64,000 bases of DNA from Patescibacteria group bacterium (GTDB lineage Bacteria > Patescibacteriota > Microgenomatia > UBA1400 > PJMF01), in NCBI GenBank assembly GCA_016861085.1, contig BOKR01000001.1, positions 323,271 through 387,270 of the forward strand, read 5' to 3'. A program made the translations under genes and the position numbers. The first letter of the stretch is position 1; every line of letters starts with the position of its first letter. Positions 40,282-49,958 of this stretch are shown here, piece by piece. The notes under the pieces were generated by a model, which saw nothing but the letters and a program-made list of their open reading frames with translations, was not told the DNA's origin and ran no database searches.

Positions 40282-41316
40282 TTACTCCCACCAAATTCTG
40301 CCTTTCAAACTTCTTAAGTCATCAAGTGCGTCTTTTGCTTGTTTTTTGTCTGGTGGCTTTCCGTGCCATTCTGGTAAATTTTCCATAAAATCAACATCTT
40401 TTCCAGGAGTCGTTTGACAAATAATTACAGATGGGCCAAGCCTGTGTTTTTTTGAGAGCTCTAAAGTATCTATGATCGTTTCAATTCTATGGCCATTAAT
40501 GGAATATACATTCCAGTTAAAACTTTTGAATTTATCGATGATTGATTCTAATGGGAGGATTTGTTCTGTATATCCATCAATTTGAATCCCATTTCGGTCT
40601 ATTAAAATGGTCAAATTATTCAGTCTTTTATTTGCTGCATACAAAAAAGCTTCCCAGTTTTGGCCTTCTTGTAGTTCTCCATCGCTCATAAAGCAGTAGA
40701 CGTAATTTGGTTTTTGATTCATTTTTAAAGCAGTCGCAATGCCTATAGCCTGTGATAGTCCTTGACCTAATGGTCCAGAAGTATTTTCTAACCCTGGGAT
40801 ATTACTTGGGTGTTTAATGGCGTGTTTTTTTTGATTTTTGTAGTCGTTAGTAGCTTGAAAATGAGGATGACCTTGCAATCTTGAGCCAAGTTTTCGCAAA
40901 GTCCGTAGTTCTGTTTTAGAAAAATATCCGCATTCCGCCAGAGTAGCGTACAAAACTGGACATATGTGTCCGTTTGAGAGAATGACACGGTCTCTTTCTT
41001 CCCAATTAGGTTTAAGTGGATTATGTTTGAGAACAGAAAAATACAAAGCTGCAAACACGTCAGCCATTCCTAATGGGCCGGCGCTATGACCACTTTCTGC
41101 TTCAAGTAGCATTAAAATGATTTCTTTACGAATGAGTGTCGCAAGCGCTTTAATCTCTTCATTGCTGTGTTTCTTATCTAAATGCTTTTTGTGAACGTGT
41201 ACCTTGTTGCCAAACTCACGCTCTTCACGTGAGGTATGTGAAGTTTTCTTTGAACTGCCAGTAAGCGCTTGGGCAAGCATTTTTTTCATTTTTTTTGGAT
41301 GAGTATGTGCACGCAA
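40282..41316 (-). CDS. Transketolase N-terminal subunit (start uncertain)
   Basis: SGH.AG, LSNGH, LQGHP, GPLGQG and DGELQEGQ.WE. His/Lys-rich N-terminal extension. Confidence 0.93.
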   Translation of the reverse strand: MRAHTHPKKMKKMLAQALTGSSKKTSHTSREEREFGNKVHVHKKHLDKKHSNEEIKALATLIRKEIILMLLEAESGHSAGPLGMADVFAALYFSVLKHNPLKPNWEERDRVILSNGHICPVLYATLAECGYFSKTELRTLRKLGSRLQGHPHFQATNDYKNQKKHAIKHPSNIPGLENTSGPLGQGLSQAIGIATALKMNQKPNYVYCFMSDGELQEGQNWEAFLYAANKRLNNLTILIDRNGIQIDGYTEQILPLESIIDKFKSFNWNVYSINGHRIETIIDTLELSKKHRLGPSVIICQTTPGKDVDFMENLPEWHGKPPDKKQAKDALDDLRSLKGRIWWE

Positions 41317-41396
41317 AACAAAACGAGCACTTACTCACTGCCTACTTTCAGTCTACTCTACTTGGATCTTACAACTCAAGAAGGAAATAGTTGAAT

Positions 41397-41978
41397 TCAT
41401 TTTATATTCAGTGGTGTTGCCTGGACAATAAACCTTTTGCTATCCATAAAACCGGAGCAAGTATAGAGGGTTAAAGTTTCTTGTGAAGTTGGTAACAGAT
41501 AGGTAACTTGGTTTGGTTCAACTTCGGTTATAAGCTTAATTTTATATTGATGTTTATCACCATTTTCAGTTGTAATTGTAATAACTTCGTTCCCTTTCAG
41601 TGCTCGAATGTTACCCATAATTTCTCTTTTGTTATGTCCATAGATAATAATGTTACCGTTTTCACCTGGTTTGGCAGATTGTTTAAGGTATGAAGCTTCA
41701 GTTTCCGAAATGGTCCAGTTGTTATTATCTAAAATTTGTTCGCTTATTGGTGTATCGACAAACCATTGAATATAAATGTGAGTAGGAACTTGACCAGAAT
41801 TATCTTGAACTGTTTGTTGATGTTGAGCCAATAGATCTTGATCTAATGAAAGGGCTTGGTATCTCAGGTACCAATGTAGCCCAGAAAGTGCCATCAAAAA
41901 CGCCCCAACTACAAGTAGTAGCACTGGGGCGTTTTTATTTTGATTTTGCTTTATTTTTTTAGTCTTTTTTCTTGACAT
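41397..41978 (-). CDS. Sortase
   Basis: TM anchor, GNIIIYGHN and LTLYTC...KRFIV.A (His/Cys/Arg triad). Confidence 0.92.
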   Translation of the reverse strand: MSRKKTKKIKQNQNKNAPVLLLVVGAFLMALSGLHWYLRYQALSLDQDLLAQHQQTVQDNSGQVPTHIYIQWFVDTPISEQILDNNNWTISETEASYLKQSAKPGENGNIIIYGHNKREIMGNIRALKGNEVITITTENGDKHQYKIKLITEVEPNQVTYLLPTSQETLTLYTCSGFMDSKRFIVQATPLNIK

Positions 41979-43242
41979 GTAATACTGCACCTGTGGTGAA
42001 CATTCCGGCACCTGCAAGTCCGAGTATAGACATCATAACATCTTGTGCAATTCCAGTCTCTGCGTAGGTTGTTGCACCTAAGACTTGACCTTGTGTGGAA
42101 GTGCCAAGCACTTGACCATTATTTGGAGTTGAACAGTTAGTTTCTTTGGTAACAAAGTGCGCCTCTGATGCAAATCCATCTGGGTAGACATCAACAAAAC
42201 CATCACCAGTGTAATCAAAGGCAACTAATGCTTGACCTTGAAGATCAGTATAGGAAATTTTTTCAACTCCGTTGTATTTGAATATAACTTTGATGCCCGA
42301 CTGATCAATATTGTTCACAGTGATTTTCTCCATTGCTGTGATTACGTTTGAGTCACAACTTGGATCAATTGTGGAAAATGCTGCTTTAACATTGTTGTTT
42401 GGGGTAGGAGTTGGTGTTGGTGTAGATTCAGGTGCTACACACTGTTCACTTGTTGGATTTGTTGCTAATCTACAATGTCCAGGTTCACCTTGAGTAGGAT
42501 CTCCTTCTTCAGGATGGTAGCAAATATATCCTTCACCAAGTTCTGTACACATTGAATCATTTAGACACCTACTGTCGCAGTGGGGGTTTGGATCAGAGCA
42601 TTCTTCAGTTGCTGGGCATTGGGTATATCCGCACTGACCGTCTGGAACTTCACTTGCCTCTTGTCCACATCGCTCTGGGCATTCTTCAGCCTCTGGAGCG
42701 TTGCCAGGACAAAGAATTGTGCCACCACAATCAAGCTCTAGTGTTTGATCAACTCTACAGGCATCACCCGTTGGGCAACTTACTGTTTCTTCACAAACTT
42801 CTTCATTGTTCCAACAAAAAGTAACATGACTAACAGCGGGTCTTCTACCACCATCATTTAAAGGTGAATATAAATTTGTATCAGAATTTTGTTGTGGATT
42901 GTAATTGAAAATATTAGCAGCGTTGCCACCCTTGACGATCACTGTGGCCACAGTATTTGGATTAGAACTCCAGTCAAAATATGTTCCATCACTATTGAGG
43001 ATTGTAATGTTTCCGTACGTTCCGTTTTTATCTGTATTATCCCAATTATCAATCTTTAAAGCATTCTGGAATGTTCCGATTTGTGAACACTCAAATTCTG
43101 CGTTTCCTGATTGCCAAGGATCTACTACTGTCGGTGTGACACTTGCTGCATTGACAACTTCTATTACCTGTTTTGGCAGCCCTACTGCCATGCCCACGCC
43201 TGCAATAAGTAAAGCAAGCGAAAGTTTTTTAGAAAGATTCAT
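41959..43242 (-). CDS. Cys-rich secreted protein, probable sortase substrate
   Basis: Signal peptide, Cys-rich middle and PT linker. Ends GQVLG x2, YAETG, TM segment and KKKD. Confidence 0.8.
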   Translation of the reverse strand: MNLSKKLSLALLIAGVGMAVGLPKQVIEVVNAASVTPTVVDPWQSGNAEFECSQIGTFQNALKIDNWDNTDKNGTYGNITILNSDGTYFDWSSNPNTVATVIVKGGNAANIFNYNPQQNSDTNLYSPLNDGGRRPAVSHVTFCWNNEEVCEETVSCPTGDACRVDQTLELDCGGTILCPGNAPEAEECPERCGQEASEVPDGQCGYTQCPATEECSDPNPHCDSRCLNDSMCTELGEGYICYHPEEGDPTQGEPGHCRLATNPTSEQCVAPESTPTPTPTPNNNVKAAFSTIDPSCDSNVITAMEKITVNNIDQSGIKVIFKYNGVEKISYTDLQGQALVAFDYTGDGFVDVYPDGFASEAHFVTKETNCSTPNNGQVLGTSTQGQVLGATTYAETGIAQDVMMSILGLAGAGMFTTGAVLHVKKKD

Positions 43243-43471
43243 TTTTGTATCCTTTTCTATATCAAATAATACAATAATATATCAAACTAATCGAATAATA
43301 TAATAAATATTCAAAACTGCAATGAGCAACTTAAAAATAGTGAAATAAAAAGAGCCATATAACACACAAAACTCCTATTGAATATCGGGTAAAAAACGAT
43401 GTAAACTGGTAAAGAGGCACGCGGATTTGTGTTCGTTTGTTGTGTGAAAAACGTAATTTTAGTAAGAAACT

Positions 43472-44779
43472 ATGGCAAATCAATCAAAAAGCGTTTTTAT
43501 GATTGGCTGGGAGTATCCACCACATAATAGTGGTGGACTTGGCGTTGCCTGTGAAGGTCTTACACAGGCATTGGCTCAAGATAACACAAAAATTAATTTC
43601 ACCTTGCCATATGAATCAGACATCGATGTTTCTCATATGGATATCCAGTATTGTATTCATAAAAACTGGAAGCAGGTTCAATGTCATTGTTTAAAAAACG
43701 GACATAACTGTAACCACATTATCTGTGAGCCACCATTTTCTGCTTACTCGACAGAATTTATTTTTCCGGAGGAACAACTACCAGAAGAAGAAAATACTGG
43801 GTACTCATTTGATTTAGGTAAGTTAAGAAAACTTTCTAATACCCAGTTAGAAAAGCAGGTAACTGAATATGCCGAAGTTGTTGGTACAGTAGGTGCTGCA
43901 AAACAGAATGATTTTGAAGTAATTCATGCCCATGATTGGATGTCATTTCCAGCTGGGCAGCAACTCAAAAAACAAACAGGAAAACCCCTTATCACTCACG
44001 TTCATTCTACAGAGTTTGATAGGTCAGGACTTTCCAGTGGCAACCAATATATTTCAGCAATTGAATATAATGGCATGAAACAAGCCGACCAAGTGATTGC
44101 GGTGAGTCGCTACACCAAGCATCTTTTGGAGCAAAAATATGGTATTGATCCAAGTAAAATTACAGTGGTTCACAACGGCATCTCAGATTTACGACACTCA
44201 GCCGATCCTGGCAGGCACCATTTCGCTCCAAATAGGCCAGTAGTTGTCTTTATGGGTCGGCTTACAATCCAGAAAGGTGCGAACTACTTTTTGGATTTAG
44301 CCAGAGCAGTTTTGGAAAGGATTCCTGAGGCTCTTTTCATTGTTGCAGGACATGGTGATATGTATCATGAGCTTATTTTCAAGACTGCCCGGGAGGGACT
44401 TTCTGCTTCAGTGGTGTTTAGTGGTTTTGTGCGAGACGAGCAAAAAAGGAAGCTACTTGATCGAGCTGATGTGTTTGTTATGCCGTCTATTTCAGAACCA
44501 TTTGGGCTAGTAGCACTTGAAGCAGCGCAACGACACACGCCAGTAATAGTTTCAAAAAATGCTGGTGTGAGTGAAGTAATGCCACATGCGATCGTAGCTG
44601 ATTTTTGGGACATCAATAAAATGGCAGATTCTATTGTTGAATTAGTCACAAATAAAGATGCTGCCGTGACGCAAACAAAAGGGCAACTCAAAGACCTTGC
44701 AAAACAAACTTGGAAGCTGAGTGCGCAGAAGATACATCAGGTATATAAAAATGCATTGCTTGGAAAAAATTCAAGGTAG
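43472..44779 (+). CDS. GT4 glycosyltransferase (glycogen synthase-like)
   Basis: GWEYPP..SGGLG, HAHDW, GRLTIQKG and EPFGLVALEA. Confidence 0.9.
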   Translation: MANQSKSVFMIGWEYPPHNSGGLGVACEGLTQALAQDNTKINFTLPYESDIDVSHMDIQYCIHKNWKQVQCHCLKNGHNCNHIICEPPFSAYSTEFIFPEEQLPEEENTGYSFDLGKLRKLSNTQLEKQVTEYAEVVGTVGAAKQNDFEVIHAHDWMSFPAGQQLKKQTGKPLITHVHSTEFDRSGLSSGNQYISAIEYNGMKQADQVIAVSRYTKHLLEQKYGIDPSKITVVHNGISDLRHSADPGRHHFAPNRPVVVFMGRLTIQKGANYFLDLARAVLERIPEALFIVAGHGDMYHELIFKTAREGLSASVVFSGFVRDEQKRKLLDRADVFVMPSISEPFGLVALEAAQRHTPVIVSKNAGVSEVMPHAIVADFWDINKMADSIVELVTNKDAAVTQTKGQLKDLAKQTWKLSAQKIHQVYKNALLGKNSR

Positions 44780-44782
44780 ACT

Positions 44783-45970
44783 ATGGCCAATATTTGTTTA
44801 TATTTTGAATTACATCAACCGTTTAGATTGGCAGACGTTTCAGTTTTCGATATTGGACTTAGAAAAGAATATTTCAACAGAACAGAAGAACTCAATAGAA
44901 AAATTTTTCAAAAAGTTGCGCATAAATCGTATATTCCGATGCTTACGTTGTTATTAGATTTGGTGCGAAATAATCATGAATTTTATTTTTCATTTTCAGT
45001 AACGGGAGTTTTTCTTGAGCAAGCCAGCCAGTTCGCTCCCAAGGTAATAATGCTTTTACAAAGACTTGTGCGGACAGGGCAAGTTGAGGTTCTGGCAGAA
45101 ACCTATTATCACTCGCTGGCCAGCCTCTACTCAGCTGAAGAATTTAAAAAGCAAGTAAAACAACACGAGCAAAAGATTCAAGAATTATTCGAAGTTACCC
45201 CAACAGTTTTTAGAAATACCGAGCTTATTTATTCAAATGCGATTGGCCAGTTAGTAGAGAATATGGGGTATGCCGGTTGTCTCACTGAAGCAGTTGACAG
45301 GTATCTACATGGTGAGAAAAGAACACAATTATTTTTGGGTAAAACAAACAATAGATTACCTTTGCTTTTAAAACATGCACAGTTATCTGATGACATAGCG
45401 TTTCGATTTTCAGAAAAATCTTGGATTTCTTACCCTCTAACTGCTGATACATATTTGAACTGGCTTAACTCATATGGACACGATGAGATAATTAATCTAT
45501 TTATGGATTTTGAAACGTTTGGTGAGCATCAGTGGGAAGACTCAGGGATTTTTGAGTTCTTCAAGGTATTTGTTGAAAAGTCTTTACAGCATGAAAAGAC
45601 ACGGTTTGTAACTCCTAGCCTTGCGATAAAAAAATATAAAAATGCACAGTACTTGCCAGCCTATGATGTTCCCCACCCCATCTCTTGGGCTGACGTCGAT
45701 CGGGATCTAACTGCTTGGGTTGATAATGAGTTGCAAAGGGATACACTTGAAAAAATGTATGAGTTAGAAGAAGAAGTACTTGCCAGAAAAAACAAGGATT
45801 TGCTGGAAGACTGGCGAAGGCTTCAAACCAGTGACCATTTTTATTATATGTGTACAAAATGGGCGGCTGATGGTGATGTGCACGCTTACTTCAGTCCCTA
45901 TGAATCTCCTTACGAAGCCTACAGAAAATTTGCAATAGTATTAGCTGACTTACAAGAAAGAATGATTTAA
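44783..45970 (+). CDS. GH57 alpha-amylase-like
   Basis: HQPFRL, ETYYHSL, FRNTEL, DFETFGEHQW, SWAD and LQTSDHFYYM. Confidence 0.93.
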   Translation: MANICLYFELHQPFRLADVSVFDIGLRKEYFNRTEELNRKIFQKVAHKSYIPMLTLLLDLVRNNHEFYFSFSVTGVFLEQASQFAPKVIMLLQRLVRTGQVEVLAETYYHSLASLYSAEEFKKQVKQHEQKIQELFEVTPTVFRNTELIYSNAIGQLVENMGYAGCLTEAVDRYLHGEKRTQLFLGKTNNRLPLLLKHAQLSDDIAFRFSEKSWISYPLTADTYLNWLNSYGHDEIINLFMDFETFGEHQWEDSGIFEFFKVFVEKSLQHEKTRFVTPSLAIKKYKNAQYLPAYDVPHPISWADVDRDLTAWVDNELQRDTLEKMYELEEEVLARKNKDLLEDWRRLQTSDHFYYMCTKWAADGDVHAYFSPYESPYEAYRKFAIVLADLQERMI

Positions 45971-45979
45971 ACTGAATAT

Positions 45980-47988
45980 ATGGCACGCGCACTGACATTA
46001 GGTAATGGATCTTTATTGGTTTGTCTTGACCAATTTGGTTTTGTGCGTGATTTTTATTTTCCCTACGTCGGTTTAGAGAATCACGTTTCTGGTCATAAGC
46101 ATAAAATCGGTATCAAAGTGAATGAGCAATTTTCATGGTTAGATGATGGAACCTGGGATATTTCGATTGGGTATAAATTAGAGACTATGGTGGGTTACTT
46201 GGTTTGTAAAAATGAGAAACTTGGTGTTTCTTTGGTTATGGAAGATAGTGTCTACAACGAATCTAACGTATTCTTGCGTCAGGTAGATGTATATAACCAA
46301 AGCGGACAATTTATTGATGTACAAGTTTTTTTCATCAGGTATTTTATATCAGCGAGACAAAAAAAAGAAACACAGCATTTTATGACCCCACTCACAATGT
46401 AGTTGTTCACTATAAAGGGAGAAGAGTTTTTATTGTAAATGGTAAAACTGAGCAAGGTACTTCAATTGATGACTACACGGTTGGAGCATATCAATATGAG
46501 GGAAAAGAAGGATCATACAAAGACGCTGAAGATGGAAGTTTGAGTAAAAACGCAGTTGAACATGGCAGTGTGGATTCTGTAGTGAGATTTTGTGCCTCAT
46601 GTGAAGACAAGAAAAAAACCAGGATTTTTTATTGGATCACTGCTGCTAAGACGTTAGAAGAAGCATATGAACTTAATGACATGGTGCTACGAAAAACTCC
46701 AGAAGGAATGTTGCATTCAACCGAAAGTTATTGGAATGCTTGGCTAGGGACAAGCGCGTATGAGACAAAAGAGCTCAAGAAAGAACATAAAAAATTATAC
46801 GATACTTCCCTATTCATTTTGCGGTCCCATTTTGACAATCAAGGAAGTGTAATTGCCTCTGCTGATAGCGAAATGATCGAATACGGCAAGGATGACTACT
46901 CATATATGTGGCCAAGAGATGCCGCGTTTATTGTCGAAGCACTCGATTACGCTGGATTTAGCGAAATCACTAAATCGTTTTTCTTATTTTGTAAGGATGT
47001 CTTGCATCCAGATGGATATTTACATCATCGGTTTAGACCGGACAAAGCACTTGGATCAACTTGGCACTCAACTACTTCACAGCGAGAGTGGCTAAAAGAT
47101 AAAATCTTGCAATTACCAATCCAAGAAGATGAAAGTGCTGCAGTGATTCATGCATTGTGGAATCATTATGTGCATACGAAAGACTTAGAGTTTATTGAAT
47201 TGTTATACAAACCGTTAATTGAGAAGATAGCGCAGTTTTTGATTCATTTTACTGATGAGGCCTCCGGTTTGCCGCTACCTTCATATGATCTGTGGGAAGA
47301 GAAAATCGGTGTTTCTACATACACCTGTGCGTGTGTGTATGGTGGGTTAATGGCAGCAGCTCAGTTTTCTGAATTACTTGATAAGAGAAACCACATGCGT
47401 GAATACAAAGAGGCTGCTAAAAAGATAAAGAACGCAGCAATTGAGCATTTATATAGTACACAACTACGATCATTTGTGCGGTATGCGCATTTCGTTGACG
47501 GTAAAGTTGTCCGGGATGAAACCGTGGATGCCAGTTCTCTATTTGGTTTGTGGTATTTTGACCTGTTGCCTCAAGAACATGGATTATTTCAAGACACCCA
47601 CAAACAGGTAATAGAACGTCTCTCTAATCCAGAGCAAACCAAAGGCATTATTCGCTATGAGCGGGATAATTATTTTAGGGCTAAAGACAAATCAAATCCA
47701 TGGTTTATTACAACTTTGTGGGAAGCTCAGATGAGACTTTCAAGAAGCCATGTAACTCAAGAAGATCTCGATTTTGCGTTGCAAAGTTTTGATTGGGTCT
47801 GTTCGTACCTCTATCCTTCTGGTGTTTTGGCTGAACAACTTGATCCTTATACTGGTGAGTCACTTTCAGCAACACCATTGGTATGGAGCCATGCAGTGTA
47901 TGTAAAGACTGTGTTGCTTTATTTGCAAAAAAAGAAGGATCTCGAACTTGAGGCAGCAGGAATTAGCAATCCAGTTCATGAATTATAG
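45980..47988 (+). pseudogene. GH15 glucoamylase, split by a 1-nt frameshift in T7 at 46326-46332 (possible sequencing error)
   Basis: Adding one T gives ..VFFHQVFY.., which runs in frame into the 46540 ORF. Y.WPRD, QEDE, DLWEE, LAEQ and PL.WSHA are present. Confidence 0.85.
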
Positions 47989-47990
47989 CT

Positions 47991-48914
47991 ATGACATATT
48001 ATTTAGCGGTTGATGGTGGCGGAACAAAAACAGATGCAGTTTGTGCTGATGAAACTGGAGCGGTAGTCGGGAGAGGTATGGCTGGTCCGACTAATTTGAC
48101 TTCAACCTCAGTTGGTGCGGCTAGTTTTAACTTGATCGAAGCAATTCGTCAGGCCGTCGAGACGTTACCAGAAAAAGAGCAGATTGGGTTTCCTATTTTA
48201 GTCATGGGCTTGGCTGGTCTAGATTCAGAAAAAGAATATAACGAAGCGCTTGATATATTCAAGCGTGCTACGGCCCATTACAGAATTGAAAAATTCGTTC
48301 TCATGAATGATAGTCTAATTGCGCTACAAAATGGGACAGATAAAGAGAACGCAATTGTTCTTATTGCTGGTACAGGAAGCATTTGTTTCGGGAAAAACAA
48401 ACAAGGACAAACCGCCAAGGCTTCTGGTATGGACTATTTGCTCACGGACCAAGGATCTGGATACGATATCGGGAGACATGTACTACGCGAGGCAGTGAAA
48501 AGTTTTGATGGACGGTGTGCAAAAAGTCTTTTAGAGGAATTAGTGTGCAAGCACTTTAGGATCAAATCGATTATTGAGTTGAAAAATGTTGTGTATCATC
48601 CTCCACTTTCTAAAATTGAGGTAGCAGATTTGGCTCCACTTTGCACTCAGGCCTTTGAGGCTGGTGATGCCGTTGCTAAAGATATTTTTGATTGGACGGT
48701 CTCAGCTATCACCACTATGGTTAAGACTGTTGCAGGTAAACTCAACCTTAAAGAATTTGATCTCATTTTTTCAGGCTCGATTACCGCAATCCCTTATATT
48801 AATAAAAATGTCTCAGAGATTTTTAAAAGGGAATATCCTGGTGTTACTATCATTACTCCGCACACTGAACCAGTTTTTGGGGCTTTAAAGATTGCGATGA
48901 AAGAGTTGTCTTAA
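47991..48914 (+). CDS. BadF/BadG/BcrA/BcrD ATPase (N-acetylglucosamine/sugar kinase-like)
   Basis: VDGGGTKT, IAGTGS and D.GSGY.IG. Confidence 0.88.
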   Translation: MTYYLAVDGGGTKTDAVCADETGAVVGRGMAGPTNLTSTSVGAASFNLIEAIRQAVETLPEKEQIGFPILVMGLAGLDSEKEYNEALDIFKRATAHYRIEKFVLMNDSLIALQNGTDKENAIVLIAGTGSICFGKNKQGQTAKASGMDYLLTDQGSGYDIGRHVLREAVKSFDGRCAKSLLEELVCKHFRIKSIIELKNVVYHPPLSKIEVADLAPLCTQAFEAGDAVAKDIFDWTVSAITTMVKTVAGKLNLKEFDLIFSGSITAIPYINKNVSEIFKREYPGVTIITPHTEPVFGALKIAMKELS

Positions 48915-49226
48915 TTATTTCTTATCTGGGTGTACTTCTAATTTTTCAAACCAACCACGTCTGAATAAAATTCCGATAACTGCGTATACTCCAATATCGG
49001 TCCAGCTATCATCGATAGATTCATTTTCTGGTGTATTACTACTCATTAATAGATTCTTTAGTCGTTCTGCTTTTTCACTAACTCTAAAAGTAATACCAAG
49101 CTCTTTGATAGAGATTATATTGCCTTTTCCATAATCTTTATGTTTCTTGAGAAACGTAGCCAGCAATTCCGCACAGACTTGTTCGAATGCATCGTCTAAA
49201 TATTTTGGATCTTTTTGTTTCGCCAT
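48915..49226 (-). CDS. DUF1599-like (nucleotide-modification-associated, all-alpha NTP-PPase-like) protein
   Basis: KKHKDYG, R..EK..RL..L and ES..DS..D...YA. Confidence 0.75.
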   Translation of the reverse strand: MAKQKDPKYLDDAFEQVCAELLATFLKKHKDYGKGNIISIKELGITFRVSEKAERLKNLLMSSNTPENESIDDSWTDIGVYAVIGILFRRGWFEKLEVHPDKK

Positions 49227-49308
49227 GGAACTGCCCTTCTCTTTTTCTTATACAAAATAGTGAATTACTATTTTATAACGAACTTGAGATTACTTGGCAA
49301 GTGAGAAG

Positions 49309-49878
49309 TTATTTTTTTCCTCTTCTCCTTTTGTTTTCTTCTGCTCTTTGCCTAGCCTCGGCAAGTAACCTTTGAACTTCAGCTCTTTGGGTTGGGGTGA
49401 GGGGATCACCAAGATGATTATCTTTTCCTTGTAAGTAGGCATCGATGAGCTTTCTCAACTTTTTAGCTCTTTTATCCCAGGATTTCATTCTTTTTTCATG
49501 CATTCGTTGCATCGCGATAGATATTGCTTGTTCTGCCAAGATTTTGTCCTCATATTCTATTTCTGAAGTCATAAACTCTGTTTGTCTTATGAGTTCTTCG
49601 TCAAGTTTTTCTGTTAGTATTCGAGCTCGTTTAATGCATTGACCACATTTGCAACCCTCAGCTCTTACTATTGCAGCTACATATTGCGTGATGAGTTCAT
49701 CAAGATATCTGATTTCAACTTGATGTGTGAATTCAATAGCCTTTGAAATAACTCTCCATGAACTTGGTGAAATTTCCTGAGGCCGTTGTTCTGCCTCTGG
49801 CAAAGAGAAAATGCTCATCAGATTGATGCTTCTTGATAATTTTGGATCGGGTAATGTGTCAAGTCTTCTTCTTAACAT
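49309..49878 (-). CDS. Hypothetical protein with CxCxxC motif
   Basis: AAGGAG SD, GCKCGQC motif and a charged helical C-terminus. Confidence 0.65.
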   Translation of the reverse strand: MLRRRLDTLPDPKLSRSINLMSIFSLPEAEQRPQEISPSSWRVISKAIEFTHQVEIRYLDELITQYVAAIVRAEGCKCGQCIKRARILTEKLDEELIRQTEFMTSEIEYEDKILAEQAISIAMQRMHEKRMKSWDKRAKKLRKLIDAYLQGKDNHLGDPLTPTQRAEVQRLLAEARQRAEENKRRRGKK

Positions 49879-49958
49879 AAGTGCTCCTTAATTTTTTGAA
49901 GAATAAACTAATTGCAATGATTTATCAAGTGAAAAGTTATGAAGTTTAAAACAGTGTA

